From assembly GCA_963722485.1 (NCBI GenBank), contig CAVRNL010000015.1:5759-69758 (forward strand): a stretch of DNA of 64,000 nt, read 5' to 3'. The DNA comes from an uncultured Acidobacteriaceae bacterium (GTDB lineage: Bacteria; Acidobacteriota; Terriglobia; Terriglobales; Acidobacteriaceae). Position 1 is the first letter of the stretch. Every line of letters starts with the position of its first letter. The notes below the pieces were generated by a model. That model did not search any database. It was not told where the DNA came from and was given only the letters and a program-made list of their open reading frames with translations. The position numbers and the translations under genes were made by a program. Positions 9,166-17,239 of the stretch are shown here, piece after piece.

Positions 9166-10919
9166 CGCGGCACAAGACGCGGCACAAAATGATTGAACAC
9201 GCTTTCCCTCAGCGGCGAAAGCCGCGTTCACAACCATGCCGCAATCGCAGCGCTGAAGCGCTGCGCCACCCAAAGTCAATATTCGGCCTGCTTGCGTGTG
9301 CGATCCTCTGCGCCATGTCAGCTTCCGCCCGCGCCGCCGATCCGGCTTCCGGCGATGTCGTCCTCCGCGCTCTTCGCGAAGAAATGGACCGCTCCAAAGC
9401 ACAGCTGAAAATGGACAACGTCCAAGCGCCGTATTACATCGAGTACCGCGTCACCGAACTCGACCAGTTCGATGCCAGCGCCGTTTTCGGCGCCCTGCGC
9501 AACCAGCAACACGATCACGCCCGTCTGTTGCGCGTCGTAGTTCGCGTCGGCGACTACAAGCAGGATAGTTTCTTCGGCACCGGAGAAGGCACCATCGACC
9601 TGGTTCCCTCCGATGACGACGTCTTCGCCATCCGTCATCGCATCTGGCTCGCCACCGATCGCGCTTACAAGGCGGCCACCGAAGCGCTCTCCGCCAAGCA
9701 AGCGGCCTTGAAGCAATTGAAAGTCGATGAGCCGGTTGACGATTTCGCGAAAGCCGCGCCCGTTGAATCCATCGAGCCGCTCGCCCACTTTGCTTCGACT
9801 GACTTCACTCCCTGGATTCATCTTCTCGAAGAGGCTTCCGCGCAATATCGCACCGACAAGGAACTGGAGACCTTCGAATCCGCGCTGCGTTTCACTGTCC
9901 AGAATCGTTATTTCCTGAACTCCGAGGGTACAGTCGCCCGCTCGGGTAAAACGCACTACGTCATCTCCATCGCGGGATCGACCCAGGCTGCCGACGGCAT
10001 GTTGCTGCAACGCTCGCACGCCGACCAGGGAAACGATCTTAAGCAGCTCCCCACTCGCGAACAATTCCTGAAGACCACGGCCCGCATCCTCGAAACGCTG
10101 AAGCTGCTGCGTGACGCCCCGGTCGTCGACGAAGAATATCGCGGGCCGGTCCTGTTTTCGAACGACGCTGCCGCTACCGTTGTCACCGAACTCATTGAGC
10201 CAAATGTTCTCGGCCGCAAGCCGCAGCTCGGCGAGAACGCCCGCACTACGGGCAAATGGTCGAGCAGCTACAAGTCCCGCGTGCTGCCCGATTTCATCAA
10301 TGTGTTCGACGACCCGACGATTTCTACCATTTCCGGCCAGATTCTGTTCGGCAACTACACGCTCGACGACGAGGGCGTGAAAGCCCAGCGCGTGTCTTTG
10401 ATCGAGAAGGGACAGCTCATCTCTTATCTCATCGGACGCCAGCCCATTCGCGACTTCCCCGCTTCGAATGGTCATGGACGCGCTGGTGCAGCCGCGGCGC
10501 CCGCTCCTGACCCCGGCAACCTCATTTTGCAATCGACCGATCCGCAGCCCGACGCCGGCCTCAAAGCAAAATTGATCGAACTCTGCAAGCAGCGCGATCT
10601 GCCCTACGGACTCTACGTGGAAACCATGGGCCCAAGCCTCGAACCCAGGCTCCTCTATCGCATCTGGACCAAGGACGCGCATGAAGAACTCGTGCGCGGC
10701 GGCGTCTTCGGAGATCTCGACGTCCGCTCCCTGCGCAGCGATCTCATCGCCGCCGGAACCGCGCCCGATGTCGAAGACCGCTCCGAGCCAGTCTGGTTCA
10801 GTGTCGCCAGCCCCGCGCTTTTGTTCGACGAACTCCAGGTCAAGCGATCGCAAGCCGTCAAGCAGAAACTCCCCGAGTACCCCGCGCCCGCGCTCGGAGC
10901 AGCCGCGAACCAACCATGA
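9162..10919 (+). CDS. exported PmbA/TldE-family protein (no HExxxH)
   Basis: The ATGA start/stop overlap with the preceding gene and GGGAGG upstream suggest translational coupling. Hydrophobic signal LLACAILCAMSASARA. Same fold family as the neighbour (NGHGRAG, LLFDELQV) but without the metal motif. Confidence 0.75.
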   Translation: MTRHKTRHKMIEHAFPQRRKPRSQPCRNRSAEALRHPKSIFGLLACAILCAMSASARAADPASGDVVLRALREEMDRSKAQLKMDNVQAPYYIEYRVTELDQFDASAVFGALRNQQHDHARLLRVVVRVGDYKQDSFFGTGEGTIDLVPSDDDVFAIRHRIWLATDRAYKAATEALSAKQAALKQLKVDEPVDDFAKAAPVESIEPLAHFASTDFTPWIHLLEEASAQYRTDKELETFESALRFTVQNRYFLNSEGTVARSGKTHYVISIAGSTQAADGMLLQRSHADQGNDLKQLPTREQFLKTTARILETLKLLRDAPVVDEEYRGPVLFSNDAAATVVTELIEPNVLGRKPQLGENARTTGKWSSSYKSRVLPDFINVFDDPTISTISGQILFGNYTLDDEGVKAQRVSLIEKGQLISYLIGRQPIRDFPASNGHGRAGAAAAPAPDPGNLILQSTDPQPDAGLKAKLIELCKQRDLPYGLYVETMGPSLEPRLLYRIWTKDAHEELVRGGVFGDLDVRSLRSDLIAAGTAPDVEDRSEPVWFSVASPALLFDELQVKRSQAVKQKLPEYPAPALGAAANQP

Positions 10920-10940
10920 CCGGCTGCGGGAGAATTTCCA

Positions 10941-12404
10941 ATGAGAATCTCCGCCATGAAAATGCCCGACCTGAAATCCTTGACTCCGATCTGCGCCTTC
11001 CTGCTCTCCGCCACTTTCGCCGCCTGGTCTCAGACTCCGCCGCCCAAGCCGCCGGCCACTCCGCCCACTTTCTCCAAGGAACTGCGCGATCAGTTGCAGA
11101 CGCTGCGCGATGCCGCTCTCACCAGCGACTACGCCTGGCATCAGCTCGAGCACTTGACCGAGAACATCGGCCCCCGTCCCGCTGGATCGCCGCAAGCGCA
11201 GGCCGCTGCCGAATACGTGGCCGCCGGGATGCGCAAACTCGGCCTCGATGTTCATCTGGAGCCGGCGCAAGTCTCCCACTGGATTCGCGGTGAAGAAAAA
11301 GCCCAGCTCGTCGAGTATCCCGGCCAGGCGCCGGAAACGACCCAGCGCATCGTTCTCGCAACCATCAGCGGCAGTTCCGCGACTCCCGCCGAAGGCCTTA
11401 CCGCGGACGTCGTCGTAGTCCACAGCTTCGACGAACTTACCGCTCTCGGCCGCGAAAAAGTTGCCGGCAAAATTGTCCTCTTCAACGTTCCCTACGACGA
11501 GCGCAAGGCCATCGCGGGCATGGCATTCGAAGCTTACGGCGAAGCCGTTGTCTACCGCACCCGCGGCGCCAAATCTGCCGCTGAACTGGGCGCCGCCGCC
11601 TCGCTCATCCGTTCCGTTGGAGGAGCCGATTATCGCCTGCCGCACACCGGTTACAGCACTCCCGCTGGAATTCCAGCCGCCGCTCTCGCCGCCGAAGATG
11701 CCGATTTGGTCGAGCACTTAGCCGTCCAGGGCCGAGTCCGCATGCATCTCACGCTCACTCCGCAGAGCCTGCCCGCTGCCACCGGCTACAACGTCGTCGC
11801 CGACCTCAAAGGCAGCGAGCATCCCGAGCAGATCGTCATCGTTTCCGGGCATCTGGATTCCTGGGATCTCGGCCGCGGCGCTATCGACGACGGCGCAGGC
11901 GTGGTCATCTCGATGGCCACCGCCGAACTTCTCCAGCGCCTGCACCTGCGCCCGCGCCGCACGCTGCGCGTCATCGCCTGGATGGACGAGGAAAATGGCG
12001 GCGGCGGCAACAAGGCTTATGCGAAAGCCCACGCCGCGGAATTTCCCAACCACGTCGCCGCCATCGAGAGCGACTCCGGCGCCGGTCATCCCCTTGGCTT
12101 CTATGTCAAGATGCCGCCCGCTGCCATCGCTGCCTTACAGCCGCTGCGCGACATCCTGCGTCCGGTCGGCTCGACGGTTCTTCGCTCGACTGAAACCAGT
12201 CCCGGCTCCGACATCGAGCCCCTGGTGGAAGCCGGTGTCCCCGGCATCGGCATCATCCAGGACGGCCGCAAATACTTCGACTATCACCACACCGCCGCCG
12301 ACACGCTCGACAAAGTCGATCCGCAGGATCTGCGCGAAAACGCCGCTGCCATGGCTGTCATCGGCTACGCCATCGCCAGCATGACCGATCCGCTGCCGCG
12401 ATAG
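10941..12404 (+). CDS. M28-family aminopeptidase with PA domain, exported
   Basis: Signal peptide, then SGHLDSWDLGRGAIDDGAGV and HHTAADTLDKV, which are M28 zinc-ligand regions. Confidence 0.8.
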   Translation: MRISAMKMPDLKSLTPICAFLLSATFAAWSQTPPPKPPATPPTFSKELRDQLQTLRDAALTSDYAWHQLEHLTENIGPRPAGSPQAQAAAEYVAAGMRKLGLDVHLEPAQVSHWIRGEEKAQLVEYPGQAPETTQRIVLATISGSSATPAEGLTADVVVVHSFDELTALGREKVAGKIVLFNVPYDERKAIAGMAFEAYGEAVVYRTRGAKSAAELGAAASLIRSVGGADYRLPHTGYSTPAGIPAAALAAEDADLVEHLAVQGRVRMHLTLTPQSLPAATGYNVVADLKGSEHPEQIVIVSGHLDSWDLGRGAIDDGAGVVISMATAELLQRLHLRPRRTLRVIAWMDEENGGGGNKAYAKAHAAEFPNHVAAIESDSGAGHPLGFYVKMPPAAIAALQPLRDILRPVGSTVLRSTETSPGSDIEPLVEAGVPGIGIIQDGRKYFDYHHTAADTLDKVDPQDLRENAAAMAVIGYAIASMTDPLPR

Positions 12405-12430
12405 CGGTGCCTCGCAGCCGCGTCTTCCGT

Positions 12431-12460
12431 TTGACCGATTTCCACAGCGCACGATAGACT
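12431..12460 (+). promoter_or_regulatory. candidate sigma-70-type promoter for rplU-rpmA
   Basis: TTGACC, an 18-nt spacer, then TAGACT, about 150 nt upstream of rplU. Pattern match only. Confidence 0.3.
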
Positions 12461-12612
12461 AGATGAGTTTGCCTGTACTTGCGGACCCGTTCTGGGGCCG
12501 CGCCGCGTTTCCGGTCAGAAGCCGCAGCGGGAAAACAGCAAGCACAAGATTGTATTTTGCCGAGCTGCGGACGGGGCCAAGCCCCGTCCCTGCACGAGCA
12601 TAAGGAGAGTTT

Positions 12613-13098
12613 ATGTACGCGGTGATCCGCGCAGGTGGAAAGCAGTATCGCGTAGCCCCGGGCGACGTGATTCGAGTCGAGACCCAGGACGACAAGGACG
12701 GCAAGATCGAGTTCGGCGACGTGCTGGCGGTTTCGGCGGAGGCGGGCAGCGTTGTGCCTGCGGGGTCGGGAGCGCTCGTCACCGGCGAAGTGGTCGAGCA
12801 GGGACGCGGCGACAAGATCCTGGTCTTCCACTACAAGCGCAAGAAGCAATACAAGAAGCTGCGCGGACACAGGCAGGACTACACCGCGGTTCGCATCACC
12901 GAGATCGCTTTCGATGGGCAGTCGTTCAAAGCGCCTGAGCTTCCGAAGAAAGAGAAGAAGGTGAAGCCGGCGCACGAGGAAGGCGAAGAAGTGAAGACTT
13001 CGGCGCGGCCCGGCAAAAAGGCGAAGAAGCACGTGGCTCACGCGCACGCCAAGAAATCGGCGCCGAAAAAAGCAGCAGCAAAGAAGAAAAAGAAGTAG
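12613..13098 (+). CDS. rplU: 50S ribosomal protein L21 with Lys-rich C-terminal extension
   Basis: MYAVIRAGGKQYRV N-terminus, with GGAGAG upstream. About 60 extra residues end in KKAAAKKKKK. Confidence 0.95.
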   Translation: MYAVIRAGGKQYRVAPGDVIRVETQDDKDGKIEFGDVLAVSAEAGSVVPAGSGALVTGEVVEQGRGDKILVFHYKRKKQYKKLRGHRQDYTAVRITEIAFDGQSFKAPELPKKEKKVKPAHEEGEEVKTSARPGKKAKKHVAHAHAKKSAPKKAAAKKKKK

Positions 13099-13200
13099 AG
13101 GTCCTGCCCCATCGGTTTGTTGTGACGAACGAGTTGGTTTTGCGAAAAATTGAGATTGAGAATTACTGGCAACTGGCCACTGGAAACCGGGAACTGATTT

Positions 13201-13470
13201 ATGGCGCATAAAAAAGGACAAGGCACTTCACGAAACGGGCGCGACTCGAACGCGCAGCGGCTTGGCTTTAAGGCTTTCGGCGGACAACTGGTGCCCGGCG
13301 GCACCATCATCGTCCGCCAGCGCGGCACGCGCGTGAAGCCCGGACTGAACGTTGGACGCGGCAAGGACGACACTCTCTTCGCCAAGATCACGGGCCGCAT
13401 CAAGTTCATCGACAAGGGGTCGATGGGGAAGTTTGTGATGGTCGAGCCCGAGGCTGTCGAAGCGAAGTAG
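13201..13470 (+). CDS. rpmA: 50S ribosomal protein L27
   Basis: [22 protein letters not shown]. Confidence 0.95.
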   Translation: MAHKKGQGTSRNGRDSNAQRLGFKAFGGQLVPGGTIIVRQRGTRVKPGLNVGRGKDDTLFAKITGRIKFIDKGSMGKFVMVEPEAVEAK

Positions 13471-13490
13471 GGCGCGAGCCTTGTTTGTAA

Positions 13491-13517
13491 AGACGGGGCT
13501 TGCCCCGTCTCCTTTTG
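13491..13517 (+). terminator. intrinsic terminator after rpmA (member of the AGACGGGGC hairpin family)
   Basis: AGACGGGG-CTTG-CCCCGTCT followed by CCTTTTGG. Confidence 0.65.
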
Positions 13518-13584
13518 GACACGGCGGGAGACACGGCAAGTCGAAATCTTAGTTCCTCCCGTAGATTCATAGCGGAGGAATTTT

Positions 13585-13887
13585 GTGAAACGTGTCGCGG
13601 CATTCCTTGCTCTTGGTCTTGCATTCATTCTAATGGCCTATGCTGTTCATGGGATTAGCCATACCTATGGTGTTTACAAAAGCAATAGTCCTGACATAAC
13701 ACTTAAAGAACTGCTCGTAGACAACTGTGAACCTCTGCTTGTTGGGTGGGGGCCAGAGAAAGAACGAGTATGTGACACCATTATGGGAGGAGACATTGAA
13801 AATCTTCACCGATATGAAGTCGCAGGAATTTTCGGGGCGTTCTCTCTCATAGGATTCCTACTCCTCTTCCCTCGTCGCTCGGCCTAG
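13585..13887 (+). CDS. small two-TM membrane protein, hypothetical, in a low-GC insert
   Basis: GGAGG lies 7 nt before GTG. Hydrophobic N- and C-terminal helices. Visibly AT-richer than the flanks. Confidence 0.5.
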   Translation: MKRVAAFLALGLAFILMAYAVHGISHTYGVYKSNSPDITLKELLVDNCEPLLVGWGPEKERVCDTIMGGDIENLHRYEVAGIFGAFSLIGFLLLFPRRSA

Positions 13888-14018
13888 CAACCATCAAGAG
13901 CGGTTCGGTGAGCGCTCTCCCAGAAATGAGTCTGAGCATGGGCCAACTGCCCTCAAGCTTTCTAGCGACCTTGAAAACTTTCTGCGTAGTATATAGAAGC
14001 ACGATCATCGTATGAAGC

Positions 14019-14135
14019 GCAGCTTCAGGCTGTAGGACGAGGGTTCGATTCCCTCCCGCTCCACCTATAAACCTAGACGGGGCGGAACTGGTATCGATTG
14101 TGACACTGAAGTGGCGGGGGCGGTTGCCCCTAAGC
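14019..14135 (+). ncRNA. tmRNA-like tRNA domain in permuted order (3' half, 13-nt spacer, 5' half); function unknown, possibly a relic
   Basis: GGAC, then T-arm GAGGG-TTCGATT-CCCTC, then CCGCTCC-ACC (14035-14065). GGGGCGG at 14079-14085 pairs with all 7 nt and gives G3:U70. It is followed by AACTGGTATCGAT, which resembles the 5' end of tmRNA. No tag ORF found. Confidence 0.4.
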
Positions 14136-14202
14136 GAGTTTCGGTGGAGTCGGCCTTTTCGCGGACAGGAGTGTCCGCGCCACACAATCATCTTTCACCG
14201 TC

Positions 14203-15279
14203 ATGTTCATCGATGAAGCCAAAATACGAGTTAAGGCGGGGGACGGCGGCAACGGCTGCATGGCGTTCCGGCGGGAGAAGTTTATTCCACGCGGCGGCCC
14301 TTCGGGCGGCGATGGCGGCCGGGGCGGCGACATCTGGATGGAGTCGAGCGAACGCCACAATACGCTGGTGCATTTCCGTTTCAATCCCGAATATACGGCC
14401 CAACGCGGACGCCACGGCGAGGGCTCGAAAAAAACTGGACGCGATGGCGAAGGGATTGTCCTGAAAGTGCCGGTGGGCACGATCGTTTTCGACGAGGATA
14501 CGGGCGAGAAGGTTCACGATTTTTCGCGCGCCGATGAACGCGTCGTGATCGCGCGCGGCGGACGCGGCGGACGCGGCAACGCGCAGTTTGCCACTTCGAC
14601 GCATCAAGCCCCGCGCGAGCACGAAGAAGGACGTCCCGGCGAAGAACGCCACTTCCGCTTGGAGTTGAAGCTGCTCGCCGATGTGGGGTTGGTGGGATAT
14701 CCGAATGTGGGCAAGTCGACGCTAATCTCGCGCATCTCAGCGGCGCGGCCGAAGATTGCGGATTATCCATTTACCACGCTCGAACCGAACCTCGGTGTGG
14801 TGCTGGCCGGTGGAAAAGGAAAAGACAAGGGGAAAGAAGAGAGTTTCGTGGTCGCCGACATTCCGGGCTTGATCGAAGGCGCGCACGCCGGATCGGGCCT
14901 CGGAACGCAATTCCTGCGGCATATCGAGCGCACGAGGTTGCTGGTGCATATGGTGGATGTCTCCGACAGCAGTGGTCGAGCCGACGTGGTGAAAGACGTC
15001 GACGTGATCCGGGGCGAGCTGGCGAGTTTCGGAGCGGGTCTGGAAAAGAAGCCCACGCTGATGGTCGCGTCCAAGATTGACGTGGCGAATCCGGAAAAGC
15101 TCAAGAAACTGAAGCAGTGGGCGACGCGCAAGAAGCTGAAACTTTATCCGATTTCCGCGGTGACCGGCGAGGGGATCGAGAAGCTGAAGTACGCGATGGC
15201 GGAGGAAGTGGAGAAAGTGCGAAAGGCGCTGGCGGAGGCGCAAGCAGAAGAAACGAAGATCTCTCGCTTCGGCGCTTAG
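14203..15279 (+). CDS. obg: GTPase ObgE/CgtA
   Basis: [27 protein letters not shown], the Gly-rich Obg fold, and G-domain motifs GYPNVGKST and DIPGLIEGA. Confidence 0.95.
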   Translation: MFIDEAKIRVKAGDGGNGCMAFRREKFIPRGGPSGGDGGRGGDIWMESSERHNTLVHFRFNPEYTAQRGRHGEGSKKTGRDGEGIVLKVPVGTIVFDEDTGEKVHDFSRADERVVIARGGRGGRGNAQFATSTHQAPREHEEGRPGEERHFRLELKLLADVGLVGYPNVGKSTLISRISAARPKIADYPFTTLEPNLGVVLAGGKGKDKGKEESFVVADIPGLIEGAHAGSGLGTQFLRHIERTRLLVHMVDVSDSSGRADVVKDVDVIRGELASFGAGLEKKPTLMVASKIDVANPEKLKKLKQWATRKKLKLYPISAVTGEGIEKLKYAMAEEVEKVRKALAEAQAEETKISRFGA

Positions 15280-15411
15280 ATTGGGCGGTGGCTCTAAGAA
15301 TGCGGCGTTGGTGTAATGATGATGTTACGCCAGCCATCGAAAGACCTCTTCCGGCTTTGCGATATAGACTGGCCCGGACGAGGCCAATCCTCATGGCCGA
15401 GGGAGGTGGAA

Positions 15412-15858
15412 ATGTTTGAAACCAGTGGAACCACTGATGTCATGGAAAAGAGCCCGTGGCAGAAATACGTGCTCTGGTTTGCGGCAGGCTGCTTGGTCAC
15501 GATTCTGATCTTCTATCTGATCCTCATACCCAGTGCGAAGCGTGCTGCGGCTGAGTCCGCCGAAAAAGCGGCGCAACAGAAATTCTCCGCTGAACTGGCA
15601 CAGAACCCGGTGGAGGCTCAACTGGAAGTCACGACGGCCGCATTGCAGACTGCAACCCACGAGCGCGACGAGTGCAAAGCCAAGTTTGATCGCCAGACGA
15701 TCCTCTACGACAACAGCATCGTCGTCGACCCCGACAAAATCTGGATCATCCCCGCCGACGTTGAACCGATCGCCGTCGGCGACCACCGCGTCACTTATAC
15801 GCACTACGACCCGGAGACCAAGCGCGAGACTGTCCACTTGTATCCTCAGCGGCAATAG
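15412..15858 (+). CDS. membrane-anchored hypothetical protein
   Basis: GGAGG lies 5 nt before ATG 15412. One TM helix (VLWFAAGCLVTILIFYLILIP), then a coiled-coil-like segment. Confidence 0.55.
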   Translation: MFETSGTTDVMEKSPWQKYVLWFAAGCLVTILIFYLILIPSAKRAAAESAEKAAQQKFSAELAQNPVEAQLEVTTAALQTATHERDECKAKFDRQTILYDNSIVVDPDKIWIIPADVEPIAVGDHRVTYTHYDPETKRETVHLYPQRQ

Positions 15859-15923
15859 CCGGCGGGCGCGCACTCAAGACTCCGGGTCGGGGGACAACGA
15901 AAGAAATCGGGATTTAACGACAA

Positions 15924-16298
15924 CTAGGGTCGCCCTTTGGCTCGTCGCGAGCGCCCCGTCGTGATTGTCCAGCCGAATTTCTTCGCCATTTCTCGCAGGT
16001 ACCGCTTCCGCTCCCTCAGGTCGACGACGGGGTCGCTGCGGTGTCGCCGCGCTCGTGGACTGTCGGCGGATTCGACTTCGACTATCTGGATCTGTATTTG
16101 ATCGCCTGTCCGAAGCTTTCTTTGCTCAAGCCAGCGTACGTGTTCTGCCTTCGAGCTGATGAACCCGCCGACCGAGACTTGTAGCATGTCTCTACCGCGC
16201 ATGGTTACGCAGTCCACGATCGCACTGAGAACACCGTTCTCGCCAACACCAGCGACGCAGAGTTTCTTGCCATTCAGGTGTATTTGGAAAGCTTTCAT
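15924..16298 (-). CDS. hypothetical protein
   Basis: 124-aa ORF with ordinary composition. No family recognised. Confidence 0.45.
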   Translation of the reverse strand: MKAFQIHLNGKKLCVAGVGENGVLSAIVDCVTMRGRDMLQVSVGGFISSKAEHVRWLEQRKLRTGDQIQIQIVEVESADSPRARRHRSDPVVDLRERKRYLREMAKKFGWTITTGRSRRAKGRP

Positions 16299-16462
16299 TG
16301 GGCTATTTAATCATGGTCGGTGCGACAGTTGCAGATGATTGGCGCAATCAGCCATAGCGCTCAGCCCCGGTCTCTACCGAACTTCGATTGTGCCGCCGCC
16401 CTCCCCTGCCCCACCGTGCTAGAATTTCCACAGCGCCGACCCTATACTTCTGGACCCTAGTC

Positions 16463-17137
16463 TTGATCGAACTCGCATCCTCGATACTCGCGGCGGATTT
16501 CGCTCACTTGGCGGACCAGGTGGAGCGGGCGACTGCGGGCGGCGCTAGCGTCATCCATGTGGACATCATGGACGGGCATTTTGTGCCCAATCTGACGCTG
16601 GGGCCGGCAGTGGTGAAATCCTTGCGCCGGGCAACTCGGCTGCCGCTGGACTGCCATCTGATGATAGAGAATCCCGACCAGTTCATCCCGGAATTTGCCG
16701 AAGCGGGAGCCAGCTGGATTTCGGTGCATCAGGAGGCGTGCCAGAATTTGAACCGCACGCTGAACCTGATCAAGCAGCATGAATGCCGGGCGGGCGTGGT
16801 GATTAATCCGGCGACGCCGGTGGAAACGCTCAGCGAGGTGCTCGACATTGTGGATTATGTGCTGGTGATGAGCGTGAATCCGGGATTCGGGGCGCAGAAG
16901 TTTATCCCAGGGACGCTGCACAAAATAGCGAAATTGGCAGAGATTCGCGCTGCGCGGGGATACGAGTACCGCATCGAAGTAGATGGCGGTGTCGGGCTGG
17001 ATACGGTCGCGGAAGTGGTGCGCGCCGGGGCCGAGATTCTGGTGTCGGGGACTGCAGTGTTCGGCAAGGGCGATGCCAAGGCAAATGCGCAGGCGCTGCT
17101 CGAAGCGGCGCGGAGCGCGAGTTTGCAGAGAGTCTAG
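16463..17137 (+). CDS. rpe: ribulose-phosphate 3-epimerase
   Basis: ASSILAADFAHLADQV, HVDIMDGHFVPN, VMSVNPGFGAQKF. I set the start to TTG 16463 to match the usual N-terminus. Confidence 0.9.
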   Translation: MIELASSILAADFAHLADQVERATAGGASVIHVDIMDGHFVPNLTLGPAVVKSLRRATRLPLDCHLMIENPDQFIPEFAEAGASWISVHQEACQNLNRTLNLIKQHECRAGVVINPATPVETLSEVLDIVDYVLVMSVNPGFGAQKFIPGTLHKIAKLAEIRAARGYEYRIEVDGGVGLDTVAEVVRAGAEILVSGTAVFGKGDAKANAQALLEAARSASLQRV

Positions 17138-17171
17138 GGTGGCAGAGGTTCGAGGTGGAAAAACGCTGATC

Positions 17172-17222
17172 GCTGTTCGCTGTTCGCTCTTTGCGAATCG
17201 CCAACAGCGAAGAGCGAACAGC
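17172..17222. repeat. hairpin with tandem-heptamer arms (GCTGTTC units), likely rpe terminator
   Basis: GCTGTTCGCTGTTCGCTCTT pairs with AACAGCGAAGAGCGAACAGC (18 of 20) around an 11-nt loop, followed by TGGTTTT. Confidence 0.7.
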
Positions 17223-17239
17223 TGGTTTTGAGGTCTTTT

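Noticed and set aside
9318-11717. 799-aa minus-strand ORF
   Set aside because: It is antisense to the PmbA-like and M28 genes. Its composition is Gly/Arg/Ala-rich with no motifs, which is typical of shadow ORFs in GC-rich DNA.
13940-13965. Possible tmRNA tag ORF, GCC AAC TGC CCT CAA GCT TTC TAG (ANCPQAF)
   Set aside because: It starts with an AN-like tag but is short, ends in QAF rather than the usual ..AA, and lies on the wrong side of the permuted domain for known two-piece tmRNAs. This is too weak to call.
14035-14066. A complete tRNA gene
   Set aside because: Only the T-arm and acceptor 3' strand are present. No D-arm, anticodon arm or 5' acceptor strand lies upstream. It is reported instead as a permuted tmRNA-like element.
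16388-16426. Promoter for rpe (TGCTAGAAT, extended -10-like)
   Set aside because: There is no acceptable -35 at a proper spacing, and I cannot score it, so it is not listed as a feature.
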